A stretch of DNA of 58,615 nucleotides from Candidatus Omnitrophota bacterium (GCA_023227925.1 JALOCE010000002.1:1-58615); one strand, 5' to 3'. Shown: positions 1-9,309, counted from the first letter of the stretch. Program-made: numbers and translations. Notes: generated by a model from the letters alone, not told the origin.

Positions 1-206
1 AGTGATGACAATACTCCGCGCGCCAGCGTGAGTGATGACAATACTCCGCGCGCCAGCGTGAGTGATGACAATACTCCGCGCGCCAGCGTGAGTGATGACA
101 ATACTCCGCGCGCCAGCGTGAGTGATGACAATACTCCGCGCGCCAGCGTGAGTGATGGTAATACTCCGCGCGCCAGCGTGAGTGATGGCGATGATCGCGC
201 GCCCGA
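1..206 (+). repeat. tandem array of the dispersed 30-nt unit AGTGATGACAATACTCCGCGCGCCAGCGTG (6 full copies plus a degenerate 7th); runs off the left edge
   Basis: Exact 30-nt periodicity read directly at 1-30, 31-60, 61-90, 91-120 and 121-150. Copy 151-180 has GGT instead of GAC. Copy 181-206 is decayed. Confidence 0.97.
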
Positions 207-933
207 ATATACAATCATCTCGCGCGACGACGGCGAGAGCTGGGAGCAGATATGGCGCGGCGCAAGCGATGTTTGCTGCACAAAGGGGCGCGTTTATTGC
301 TTTGAAATATCCGAGCGTGCGATTAATTGGGTCGCGATCGATGTAAGCGCGCGCGATTCAGCACCTGCGCGCCACACATTTACTCGCGCGGTGCCCATTC
401 CAGAGCGCGAGGCGAAAATGACAAGCGTTTGCGACATATCGCGCGCGCGCGATGGCGCGCTTTGGGCGTACTTTTATTCGATCGCGCCGCAATATAATCG
501 CGACTGGGATATCTCATTTTCGCGATTGCGCGTTGATTTTACTCCCGCGTCCGCGTTCGTACCCGCGTTTGAGCATCTACCCGACGCGCGCGTCAACACT
601 CTCCGCATCGCGACGCCGCGCGTATCAAAAGAACGCGTGTGGCTGGCGCACGCGAGTGCCGACCGCGAGTGCGCCGAAATATGTATGCTCGATTTGCACG
701 CGCGCGCGGAACAGTGGCGCGCGTTGGAATTCACCGATATCGGTGGCGATGGTGGGCAAAAAATGCGCGATATTTACTCCATCATCGCGCGCGATGATAT
801 GCTTTATGCGCTGGGCCGCGACGCGCGCGGGTGCACCGTTGTAGGCGCGATTAATACGAGGACGGGCGCTGTGGAAGTGAGCGCGTCGCGCGCGGACATC
901 AATCCGCGCGGGACATTTGTCTTCGCGCGATGA
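1..933 (+). CDS. repeat-array protein, 5'-partial (frame open to window edge); (SDDNTPRASV)n followed by a globular C-terminal part
   Basis: Frame 1 is open from nt 1 to TGA at 931-933. The track start at 28 is a GTG inside the repeat. An Asp-box-like SRDDGESW motif follows the array. A T6 run at 955-960 lies downstream. Confidence 0.6.
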   Translation, partial: SDDNTPRASVSDDNTPRASVSDDNTPRASVSDDNTPRASVSDDNTPRASVSDGNTPRASVSDGDDRAPEYTIISRDDGESWEQIWRGASDVCCTKGRVYCFEISERAINWVAIDVSARDSAPARHTFTRAVPIPEREAKMTSVCDISRARDGALWAYFYSIAPQYNRDWDISFSRLRVDFTPASAFVPAFEHLPDARVNTLRIATPRVSKERVWLAHASADRECAEICMLDLHARAEQWRALEFTDIGGDGGQKMRDIYSIIARDDMLYALGRDARGCTVVGAINTRTGAVEVSASRADINPRGTFVFAR

Positions 934-973
934 TAATCCCGGCGCGCGGGGTTATTTTTTCGCAGTGGCGGCC

Positions 974-1129
974 CTACTGCTGCTGTAATTTTGACGTCGC
1001 CATGATCATGCGGATGGCGTCTTCCTCGCTCATCTCGTTCGCGCTCGACATGACCGCGATCGTAATCGCGACCGCGATTATTATCGCGATAACGGCCCCG
1101 ATGATAAGCGCGAGGGTCCAATTATCCAT
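974..1129 (-). CDS. small single-pass membrane protein (51 aa)
   Basis: ATG at 1129 is preceded by AAAATATACGCGCGCG. There is a hydrophobic stretch LALIIGAVIAIIIAVAITIAV. The upstream A8 (1150-1157) fits a T-run terminator for the preceding gene. Confidence 0.45.
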   Translation of the reverse strand: MDNWTLALIIGAVIAIIIAVAITIAVMSSANEMSEEDAIRMIMATSKLQQQ

Positions 1130-1191
1130 CGCGCGCGTATATTTTCGAGAAAAAAAGACGGCCAGAACTCCGCGCCGGGGAGCGCGCGCTT

Positions 1192-2178
1192 TTACCTTCG
1201 CCTGCGCGGCGCGCGCCGATACGCGCGGAAACTTTCCGTCGCGCGCGACGCGGGACCAACCAACATATCGCAGCCGCCCCATTCGCCGGTTCCATCATAA
1301 TTTCCACCGATGCGCAAGCACTGTTCGCGATTCGAAGCGGAAAAGCGCATGGGGTAGCATTTTTGACCGGCGGGGCACTCGCCGACGGGATATAATCCCC
1401 AGCGCGGCGCCGCCGCCGCGGACAATATTCCGCCGCTGCTTACGCGCATGCGGCAATCAAATAAACCATCGCCGTATTTGCGATCCGTCGCTTCGCCACC
1501 TAGCGCGCCACAATCCGCTTTTGACGCGCGAATCGCCATTACATCGCATTCGCCATCCGCGCACCCCGTCATTGGAAGAAGACCGCGCGCGGGCGCGCTC
1601 GCCGACATCCGGCGCCCAATATTGAGGTGGCAATCCGCGGCCTCATCATCCTTCGGCGAGCCATTCATCGCGCCGCCGAGCGTGCGGCACGTGCGCCCGG
1701 TCGAGGGAAACATAGCGTACGCGTAACTACCCGGCGGCGTAGTTGTGTGCGGATGAAATCCATAAACTTCCGCGAGCGCGGCGTCTAAAACAACATTCGC
1801 GGCATCTGCGCGCGCCGCATCTTCGCGTTCAGCTTCCGCGCGCGCGGCTTCTTCTTTCGCTGCTGCGGCGCGTGCTGCTTCGGCGCGCGCGGCTTCTTCG
1901 CGCGCTTCCGCTGCCGCGGCATCCGCGGTGCTTGTATCGCTGGTTTGGTCTATAATTCCCGAGTGATCTGTGACGGCGCCGTCGCTTACATTGGTATCGA
2001 GATAACCATTCGCACCTGCGTCCGCGCCCGCGCCTGTCGTCGTTGTTGTTGTCGCGGTTGCGGGCGCGTCCGCGGCGGCGTCCGCATCTTCGCTGCCCAT
2101 CGCGACGACGACGATCACGATAATGATTATCACGATAATAATTGCGCCCGCTATGAGCGCGATTGTTCGTCCCTGCAT
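1192..2178 (-). CDS. N-terminally anchored membrane protein with Ala/Thr/Glu-rich linker and three Cys modules (C-x-x-[IL]-G-G ... C); paralogue A
   Basis: TM segment IALIAGAIIIVIIIIVIVVVA at the N-terminus. The block ALAEVYGFHPH..PGSYAY..C..LGG is shared with the neighbouring gene. TAATATAAG lies upstream of the ATG. Confidence 0.65.
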   Translation of the reverse strand: MQGRTIALIAGAIIIVIIIIVIVVVAMGSEDADAAADAPATATTTTTTGAGADAGANGYLDTNVSDGAVTDHSGIIDQTSDTSTADAAAAEAREEAARAEAARAAAAKEEAARAEAEREDAARADAANVVLDAALAEVYGFHPHTTTPPGSYAYAMFPSTGRTCRTLGGAMNGSPKDDEAADCHLNIGRRMSASAPARGLLPMTGCADGECDVMAIRASKADCGALGGEATDRKYGDGLFDCRMRVSSGGILSAAAAPRWGLYPVGECPAGQKCYPMRFSASNREQCLRIGGNYDGTGEWGGCDMLVGPASRATESFRAYRRAPRRRR

Positions 2179-2244
2179 AATTTCGGGCTTATATTACGCG
2201 CGATGCTGCGCGCGTGCGAAAAAACGACAATCGCGCGGGCGCGA

Positions 2245-2991
2245 TTAGCGCTTCGCGGGGCCGATATTCATATGACACTCGGGCCAATAATCATTGCCGA
2301 CGATATCGAGCGCGCGACCGCCGATTGCTTTGCATGTCGCGCTCGATTGCGCGCGGAACATTACGGGCGCGCATGTTCCCGTCGGGCACGTGCCGCGAGG
2401 GTATAAACCAAGCGTTGGATCAAATCCAGCCGCAAGTTCGCAATGATCATCTGCAGGAACGCCGCCAATCGCGCGACAATCGCTCGCGCTGGTCATCGGG
2501 ATGCGAATCGGTGAGCATTTCGCGCCCGCGGGGCACGCACTATGAAATCCGCGATACGCGGTCGAGGTATCGTCGCGTTTACCAAAATTAACATGACAAT
2601 CCGTCCATTCATCGTCGCCGGGATAGCCATTCACTGCGCCGCCGATTGCGCTACATCCGGCGCCGGTCGCGCGAATAACGCCGTACGCGTAGCTTCCGCG
2701 CGGCAATATTGAGTGCGGATAAATCCCGTAAACTTCGGCCAGCGCGGCACTAATACGTTTATCCTCCGCGGTTTCTGCGGGCGCAATCGCCGTTTGCGGT
2801 GCAACAGTCGCGGAATTACCGCTTCCTGTGCTCGCGCTCCCCGCGCTCGCGGCTGGCGTTTGGGCACCGCTTCCGCTTGGTGGCGCGCTTTCTTCTTCGC
2901 CGCCAGTCGCGAAGACTAGAACGATGATGATAATTATGATAATCACAATGATGACCGCGCCCAATATGATCGCGATTGTTGAGCCCTTCAT
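2245..2991 (-). CDS. N-terminally anchored membrane protein with three Cys modules; paralogue B
   Basis: ATG at 2991 (MKGSTIAIILGAVIIVIIIIIIIVLVF) is preceded by GCGCGCGATATAGAG. ALAEVYGIYPH..RGSYAY..C.AIGG is collinear with 1192..2178. Confidence 0.65.
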   Translation of the reverse strand: MKGSTIAIILGAVIIVIIIIIIIVLVFATGGEEESAPPSGSGAQTPAASAGSASTGSGNSATVAPQTAIAPAETAEDKRISAALAEVYGIYPHSILPRGSYAYGVIRATGAGCSAIGGAVNGYPGDDEWTDCHVNFGKRDDTSTAYRGFHSACPAGAKCSPIRIPMTSASDCRAIGGVPADDHCELAAGFDPTLGLYPRGTCPTGTCAPVMFRAQSSATCKAIGGRALDIVGNDYWPECHMNIGPAKR

Positions 2992-3050
2992 TGCGCGCGG
3001 CGTGATCTCTATATCGCGCGCGACACAAAAAATGCGTATCGCGCGCTGCG

Positions 3051-3560
3051 TTACGAATATTGCACCGTTACGCTCGCGAATATTGGCACGGGAGCGAGGA
3101 TGGTGATCGTATAGGGGAAATAAGTGAACCATGTCGGCCCCATCGGCGGCATTCCTGCGTCTGGCGTCGCGAGCAGACTTATTTCCGCGCGCATATCGGG
3201 GCCGAAAGATGTCGCCGCATCAAACACGACGAGCGGTTGATCGGGATAAGGATAAGCGTGACCATACCATTGCGGAACGGGTGGATCACCCGCGAACGGC
3301 GGAAGAGGAATCGGCGGAGCCGGCGGTGGCGGAATTGGCGGCTCCGGCGCGAGCGGAAGCGGTAATTCTGCGGACATCGATTCGGGCGCGACGACATGTA
3401 CGCGCATAAACGTATTTCGCGGATCAAGCAGCGGCGCGCGCGCGCGCGCTTCAACGCGCGCGAGTCGGCAAAATCGCGTCGCCGCGTCGTGTTGCGCAAT
3501 CAATCGCGCGGGCGCTTGGGGCGATCCGCCGAGGCGGTATGTGATCATTTTCGAGGCCAT
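3051..3560 (-). CDS. proline-rich hypothetical protein
   Basis: ATG at 3560 is immediately preceded by GCGCGCGAGATATA. PEPPIPPPPAPPIPLPP tract. Confidence 0.5.
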   Translation of the reverse strand: MASKMITYRLGGSPQAPARLIAQHDAATRFCRLARVEARARAPLLDPRNTFMRVHVVAPESMSAELPLPLAPEPPIPPPPAPPIPLPPFAGDPPVPQWYGHAYPYPDQPLVVFDAATSFGPDMRAEISLLATPDAGMPPMGPTWFTYFPYTITILAPVPIFASVTVQYS

Positions 3561-3581
3561 TATATCTCGCGCGCGCAACTT

Positions 3582-3827
3582 TCATACGACGATAACGCGC
3601 GCTTCGTCTGCGGGCGCCGTTTTCGCGCGATCGCCGGCCGCCGCACCCACCGCGCGCGCGATTGGCGCGAAACCGCGCGTTTCGTCATCCAGTGGCTCGA
3701 ATAACGCTGCGAGCGTCCCGAGCTTCATTCGCGTATGATTGACGATATGCATCGGGCGTGCGGTGCCCGCCGGCACGAAATTCGAAACGAGCAGCGCGAG
3801 CCGGTGATATTCCTCGAGTTCATCCAT
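3582..3827 (-). CDS. hypothetical protein (81 aa)
   Basis: ATG at 3827 is preceded by CATATATTCGCGGCGCG. It is divergent from 3842(+) with only a 14-bp spacer. Confidence 0.4.
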   Translation of the reverse strand: MDELEEYHRLALLVSNFVPAGTARPMHIVNHTRMKLGTLAALFEPLDDETRGFAPIARAVGAAAGDRAKTAPADEARVIVV

Positions 3828-3841
3828 CGCGCCGCGAATAT

Positions 3842-4345
3842 ATGTCGAGGGTTATCAAAATAACTACCGCGAACGCGCGCGAGCAATTACGCGCGGCCAT
3901 CGCGCGCCCCGGATATGCGATCGTTGTTCTGGCGCGCGCTGGCGATTGGGCATGCGAATTATTCGCGTCGCGATGCGCGGAATGGAGCCGCGAATTTCCA
4001 TTTGCGCGGTTCATTATCGCGGATGCAGATCTCGCGGACGCGCTCGGTGGTCTTGATGGTAGCGCCGGTAGCGCCACCGCCGCGATGCAAACAACAAACG
4101 CGCGCGCCATACGTCCGGCGCCTTTCGCGATCGCGCATCCATCATTCGTGCCGACAACCATAGTGTTTCGCAATGGCGCGGCGCGCGAGCAGATTGTCGG
4201 CACCGATTGCGCGCAAATGGAGCGCATTCTCATAGATATGCGCCGCGATGGCCCATCTCTCGCGCCATCCGCGCCGTATACTGGAAAAAATTACATATGC
4301 GCGCCCGAGAATGTTGCCATTTTCGCGCGGCGGCGGCGCGTATGA
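3842..4345 (+). CDS. thioredoxin-fold protein with single-Cys WAC site
   Basis: GDWACELF sits at the position of WCGPC. A later PTTIVFRNG (cis-Pro region) fits the Trx fold. ATG follows CGCGAATAT. Confidence 0.5.
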   Translation: MSRVIKITTANAREQLRAAIARPGYAIVVLARAGDWACELFASRCAEWSREFPFARFIIADADLADALGGLDGSAGSATAAMQTTNARAIRPAPFAIAHPSFVPTTIVFRNGAAREQIVGTDCAQMERILIDMRRDGPSLAPSAPYTGKNYICAPENVAIFARRRRV

Positions 4346-4365
4346 ATGTGCGGCGATGCGCGCGC

Positions 4366-7032
4366 TTATTGTGCGAAATATGGGTCCTCGCCAATGAACC
4401 CGTCCAGAATGGAAACCTGATCCGAATGAATATCGTACGCGAGCGATTCACGCCGCAATTTACCCGCGAACGAGCCGAACACTGCAGTTTGCGCGTGCCC
4501 GATAAGGTCGGGCGATGACGCGCCAATCGTCGCGCGCGGAAACTTTGATTCAACGGCGTCCGCGAGCACGCGCAACCCAGTATTGGTGCGATAATAACCC
4601 TCGCTCGCGTTCCAGCGCACGACGTTGAGGCGATAACCATCGTAAATGCAGCGCTTGTATCGCAAAATCGCATCCGCGAGCGCCGCTGCATCGCGTCTGC
4701 GATCGCGCGCAAGATCGATGAGCGATACCCCGCGATATATATCGAACCCAAGCCCGATTAGCGCGCTATTGGTCGCATCGCGCGCCTCTATGAATTTCAG
4801 CGCCGAATCCGTGCTGAGGCCCATTTTCGCGCACCATCCCTCGAACATCACGATCATATCCGCAGATTTCTCGCGCGCGAGGACCACATCGAGCGACGCG
4901 CCAATAACGAGCGCGTCGAAGAAAGTATCGCCGAGGATCGCGTGCCACGCGTTCATCGCGTCAATCGCGCCGGATGGTTCCGCGGTCTCGGATGCCGAAT
5001 CGAGCAGCGGAAATATATCACCATATGCCGCGCTAACATTAATTTGCGGCGCGGTCATAAGCGATAGGTGGGCGGCGACTTCGCCGGTGGCCGTTTCGCC
5101 AGCGCGTTTTAAAAATGAGGATAGCGCGATCACGACGAGATCGGCGACGCGATAGCCCCACGAAAACCCCGCGAGGACCATGCGCAGCGCTTCGATCGAC
5201 TCGATGAACGTGATCAATTCTATCGCGACGCGCCCGAGCCGTGTGATGCCGACGCGATTCGCGGGCGCGCGCTCGGTGGTTGCGAGAAATTCCTCGAGAT
5301 CGGGCGTGAATACGGGCGGCGCGCGCGAAATGAAGCCGAGTGCGTACGCGTGATTGAGCCCATCGAGGAGAATATCGGGCTGCGGCGCATCGGGCATATC
5401 GATATCATCGACGCGAAAATATGGGACGCGACGGTCGTCGCGTGCTTGCGCTGCGCGAGCGTCGTCTTGCGCTGCGCGAGCGTCGTCTTGCGCTGCGCGA
5501 GCGTCGTCTTGCGCTGCGCGAGCGTCGTCTTGCGCTGCGCGCGAGTCGTCGCGTGCGCTACTGCTGGTCACGCGCCCTTTTTGATCGCGCGCGGGCGCCA
5601 ACCAACTCGCGCCGCCGAGAGCGTGCTTTATTTTTTGCTGATCGAATACGATTTGCAGGATAATTTTATTGAGACTCGCGGTCGCGATATCCGGCAGCTG
5701 TTCCTCGCTCAGCTGCGCGTGCATCCCCTCGGTATACAGCGGATAAATTACGCCCGGGAATTTGCGCCCGACGCGCCCCCAGCGCTGCGTGATGCGCGAC
5801 ATCGGCGCTGGTTTCGAAATAAGCACGTCCGCGCGCAGATTCGGATTGTATTCGTTCCCGCGATGGAAGCCCGAATCGATCACGTATCGCAGCGTATTGA
5901 ATGTAATGCCCGTCTCCGCGATATTAGTCGCGAGAATTACGCGCCGCTCGGGGCGCGGACATACTTTCGCCGTGCCGGGCGGGAGTTCGCGCAGCGGAAG
6001 CGTGAGCTGGCGCACCTCGAGGTTATCGCCGCCGAACGTTTCGCGCGTCAAGATCACTATCTGCGCGCACGTTTTACCCTGGCCTACGCGGCGATTATTT
6101 TCGCTAACCAGCGTGGTGCGCGTATTTATTATTTCGTATTGCCCGGGCAAAAATACGAGAATATCATCGCGCTCCGTCTGCTCGCCGATAATCGCGTCCG
6201 ATGGCGACGCGCCCGGCATCCACGTTTCGCGCGGCGCGGGCGCGCTGTCCATCACATCGAAAACGATGCGCTTGATCGTCTCGACTATATTACGCGATGG
6301 TTCGCGCGGCCAACGCCACTCGCGCGCGAATGATTGCGCCGGGTTGCAGATAATAATGTTCTCGAGTACCGCGCTCACGTCGCGCGCGGGCGCGATATCA
6401 AGGAAATAACGCGCGAATTTCGGCGCATCGATCGTTGCGCTCATCAGAACGATGAACGGGCACCCCGGTAAATGCGCGTTGCGATGGAGAAATCCCTTGA
6501 GCGCGGCGAACGTGATATCCGCCTCGAGCGATCGCTCGTGCGCCTCGTCGATCAAAATATAGCGATACAGCGACATTATCTCCGCGTCGGTGTAGATTTG
6601 CAGCTGGACCGCGAGAATCCCGAGCGTTGCGCTCAATAGGCTTATGCGGCGCGGCCGCAGCTTGGAAAAGCGCGTACTCCAGCCGATGGTATCGCCAATA
6701 TGCAGCGTCGCGCCATATTTCGGTATCGCGACGATCTGATGTACGTTCGCGATTGCGGTGATGACGCGCGGCTGCGTGCAAATAATGCCGCCGCCGGAGA
6801 CGTATCGCCCGCGCACGAGTGCGCCGTAGATTTCCGATGGAATGGTAATTGATTTGCCGCTCGCGGTGCCAGATTGGATGACGAGGACGCGATTCGCGAC
6901 GCCTTGACGTCCCTCGCGCTCGCGCAACCACCCGATAATGTATTCGTACGGAACGTGTTTATCCAGCGCGCGCTGGAGCTCAGGATCACCATTTGGCGCG
7001 CGTAATTCACCGCGGCGCTGCAGCGTGAACAT
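4366..7032 (-). CDS. DEAH/RHA-type (NPH-II-like) RNA helicase
   Basis: Motifs SGTASGKS (I), LIDEAHERS (II), MSATID (III), ILATNIAETGIT (V), QRWGRVGR (VI). The track start 7071 is GTG. ATG at 7032 is preceded by GCGCGTCAAATATAACATCGCG. Confidence 0.9.
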   Translation of the reverse strand: MFTLQRRGELRAPNGDPELQRALDKHVPYEYIIGWLREREGRQGVANRVLVIQSGTASGKSITIPSEIYGALVRGRYVSGGGIICTQPRVITAIANVHQIVAIPKYGATLHIGDTIGWSTRFSKLRPRRISLLSATLGILAVQLQIYTDAEIMSLYRYILIDEAHERSLEADITFAALKGFLHRNAHLPGCPFIVLMSATIDAPKFARYFLDIAPARDVSAVLENIIICNPAQSFAREWRWPREPSRNIVETIKRIVFDVMDSAPAPRETWMPGASPSDAIIGEQTERDDILVFLPGQYEIINTRTTLVSENNRRVGQGKTCAQIVILTRETFGGDNLEVRQLTLPLRELPPGTAKVCPRPERRVILATNIAETGITFNTLRYVIDSGFHRGNEYNPNLRADVLISKPAPMSRITQRWGRVGRKFPGVIYPLYTEGMHAQLSEEQLPDIATASLNKIILQIVFDQQKIKHALGGASWLAPARDQKGRVTSSSARDDSRAAQDDARAAQDDARAAQDDARAAQDDARAAQARDDRRVPYFRVDDIDMPDAPQPDILLDGLNHAYALGFISRAPPVFTPDLEEFLATTERAPANRVGITRLGRVAIELITFIESIEALRMVLAGFSWGYRVADLVVIALSSFLKRAGETATGEVAAHLSLMTAPQINVSAAYGDIFPLLDSASETAEPSGAIDAMNAWHAILGDTFFDALVIGASLDVVLAREKSADMIVMFEGWCAKMGLSTDSALKFIEARDATNSALIGLGFDIYRGVSLIDLARDRRRDAAALADAILRYKRCIYDGYRLNVVRWNASEGYYRTNTGLRVLADAVESKFPRATIGASSPDLIGHAQTAVFGSFAGKLRRESLAYDIHSDQVSILDGFIGEDPYFAQ
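5428..5554. repeat. private 21-nt minisatellite (GCGCTGCGCGAGCGTCGTCTT x4 exact plus degenerate flanks) encoding (DDARAAQ)n inside the DEAH helicase
   Basis: Exact copies at 5448-5468, 5469-5489, 5490-5510 and 5511-5531. Unit length is a multiple of 3. Confidence 0.95.
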
Positions 7033-7077
7033 CGCGATGTTATATTTGACGCGCGCCGAGGAGGAGTGCACGCCGAC

Positions 7078-7086
7078 AAAAAAAAA
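7078..7086 (-). terminator. T9 run (A9 on + strand) after stop of 7120..7725
   Basis: Located between stop 7120 and the helicase start 7032. Confidence 0.45.
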
Positions 7087-7119
7087 CAGCCCAGCCCAGC
7101 GCTTGCCGCGGCAGATCCA

Positions 7120-7725
7120 TCATTTTCCGCCGCGCGCTGGTTGTGGAAGCGGCGAAGATGGCGCGCCGCGACCAACTGGGCGCAGCGGAGGCGGAAGAGT
7201 AAGCGTTAACGCGGGCGCTCCCGATGGATCCACCGCGGTAAGCGCCCCTTTCGCGCTCGCGATTTCGGCGTCGAGGCATTCCTCGATGTACATATGATAC
7301 AGATATCGGCGAATCGTGTCGCACAGCGCCAGCGTTTCCTGTATTTTTTGGCGCGCAGAGTGCGCTTCGAGCGCGCCCATGGAGGCGAGTTGCGTATCGC
7401 CAGGGATCGATTCGCATAGGCGCGCGTATTCATTCGCGATCGCGCGCGCTGTTGTCGCTGGGTCGGACGCGCACGAGTCGCTTCCCGCGATTGGTATGGC
7501 GGCGCGTAATTGCTCCACGATCGCGCGATTGCGCGCGTGTTGCGCGATAAAATCCATATATCGCGCCGTTGACTGCGCGCGCTCGGTGAGCTCGCCGAAG
7601 CGTTGGTATAGCGCACCAACCTTCGAATCGCGAATGGAAATCGCGCACGTTGGCGTTAACGCGTCGGGTAATTCGCGCGCGCTGGCTGATAATTGTGGTG
7701 CGCCGGGCGCTCGCTCGGATGTCAT
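7120..7725 (-). CDS. hypothetical protein
   Basis: ATG at 7725 (MTSERAPG) is preceded by GATATACGCCGCGCC. A9 at 7078-7086 lies downstream of the stop. Confidence 0.5.
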   Translation of the reverse strand: MTSERAPGAPQLSASARELPDALTPTCAISIRDSKVGALYQRFGELTERAQSTARYMDFIAQHARNRAIVEQLRAAIPIAGSDSCASDPATTARAIANEYARLCESIPGDTQLASMGALEAHSARQKIQETLALCDTIRRYLYHMYIEECLDAEIASAKGALTAVDPSGAPALTLTLPPPLRPVGRGAPSSPLPQPARGGK

Positions 7726-7738
7726 GGCGCGGCGTATA

Positions 7739-8080
7739 TCATTCGCAGCGGATGTATTTTTCAAGCACGATTCGCGCGCGCACGATCGCGCCGGCGCCGC
7801 CGCGCCCTGAAATGGCGAAAGTAATATCATCGTCCGCCACGATCGGGTGCCGGCGCGTTGATATTTGCGCAACCGACGCGTCCGCGATCGCGAATAGAGA
7901 GTCGCGCGCAATATGGCGCGCGCCATCGAGTATTGTTTTTGCCGTGCGTATCGCGATGGACCACGTTTGCCCGGGCGTGAATCGCGCGGGTCCCGCGCTC
8001 GGCAGCGCGATTAGTGACACTATTTTCGCGCCGCGAATATTGATTGTTTCGCCATCCGCGACCACGCGCGTTTCCGACAT
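7739..8080 (-). CDS. hypothetical protein (113 aa)
   Basis: ATG at 8080 is preceded by CCTAATATAACGCGCCA. The ORF ends just before the 7725 start. Confidence 0.4.
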   Translation of the reverse strand: MSETRVVADGETINIRGAKIVSLIALPSAGPARFTPGQTWSIAIRTAKTILDGARHIARDSLFAIADASVAQISTRRHPIVADDDITFAISGRGGAGAIVRARIVLEKYIRCE

Positions 8081-8183
8081 TGGCGCGTTATATTAGGTAC
8101 GCTGCAATAAATGCAGCGTCCACGCCGCGATAAAGCGGCGCAGGCACGAAATGAATGCGCGCGCCGTTGATATATCGCGCTAA

Positions 8184-9290
8184 ATGATATGCGACGACGC
8201 GAACCCAATGCGACAATTCGCGCGCTGGTGCGACGCAATTCGCATTTGCGCGACCGGAGACCGCTATCGCATGCACGCCATTCTGAGCGCGGAGCAACAT
8301 GGTAAAGACGATAATCCGCGCGCCTGCGATGCGCTATTTTATTCGTCGTGTTTCGAGGGCGCCGCGCAATCCGGCGACGTGCGTATGATGGCGGAAATCG
8401 TTGATGCGGCACGCGCGTGCGGCTGCGCGATTCACCCCGCGGCTGCGCATGGCGCGCTTTATCGCGCGTGCGCATCGAGCGCCGTGGGACATTCCCTCGC
8501 TCTTATTGATTATCTTCTCGCGACATTCGCGCGATCGCGGGACGCGGACGCTCCGGTGCCCAATCTCGATCTCTGCCTCGCGATCGCGGTGCGTGCCGGC
8601 CACCACCGCACAATATCCCGCATTCTCGACTTTGATTTCGTGGAGAGCTGCCGGCGAGATCACGCTTCTCCCGCCGCGCGGCCCGCTCTCGATGGGGGCG
8701 AGTTATTCGCGACAATAAAATGGATCGCGCGTTCGCATTCGCCGCGCGCGCCAACATCAGGGCGCCCGCGGCGGCGGCGCGGTGACGCAGCGAGACCGCA
8801 ACTCGCGCGCGATGAGTTGCGCGATGGTATATTCGCGGTCGATCGCGCAAAAAAGATTGACTCCGCGCTCGCGCGAGCGCTCGTTCGCGACTCTCTTGGC
8901 GATATAATTGCGGCGTTCGTCTCGCCCGCAAAGCGTCCCTACGGGGCGATTGATTCGAGGGATATGTTCCGCATATGCATCGCGACGATTCGGAATATCG
9001 GCGAGCGCGAGCGGAACGACGCGCTCGCCAATGCGCGCGCGGTATATTCGCTGCGCAAGGTAGATATAATTCCGGGAGCTATCCCCATAGCGAGCGCGAC
9101 CGGCGGCGAGAATTACGCGACGCGCGTGTTTGTTGTATTTATAGAGGCGCCGCACGAGCTAACGCTTCAGTCGCTGGCGCAAGATACTTCGGTCACGCGC
9201 GCTGCGAGCGCGGAACGTCTGCCGCTGGTTGCTCGGCTTCCGATCATTCGGCTCCCGATAATTCAGCCGCCTATCTCCGTGGCGCGATGA
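8184..9290 (+). CDS. hypothetical protein
   Basis: ATG is preceded by GTTGATATATCGCGCTAA and, further up, by GAAATGAAT (8148-8156). Confidence 0.5.
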   Translation: MICDDANPMRQFARWCDAIRICATGDRYRMHAILSAEQHGKDDNPRACDALFYSSCFEGAAQSGDVRMMAEIVDAARACGCAIHPAAAHGALYRACASSAVGHSLALIDYLLATFARSRDADAPVPNLDLCLAIAVRAGHHRTISRILDFDFVESCRRDHASPAARPALDGGELFATIKWIARSHSPRAPTSGRPRRRRGDAARPQLARDELRDGIFAVDRAKKIDSALARALVRDSLGDIIAAFVSPAKRPYGAIDSRDMFRICIATIRNIGERERNDALANARAVYSLRKVDIIPGAIPIASATGGENYATRVFVVFIEAPHELTLQSLAQDTSVTRAASAERLPLVARLPIIRLPIIQPPISVAR

Positions 9291-9309
9291 TTCAGCGCGC
9301 GGCGGCGCT

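Noticed and set aside
1-206. CRISPR array at the window edges (also 58447-58615)
   Set aside because: The units abut with no unique spacers. The 30-nt period is translated in frame inside ORFs. No cas-like genes are present, and the gene content is that of a eukaryotic virus.
4366-7071. Inteins or introns in the large core genes (helicase, RPB2, SbcCD-like)
   Set aside because: The ORFs are continuous with conserved motifs in the normal order. The extra segments are short low-complexity repeats, not intein/HNH-sized inserts.
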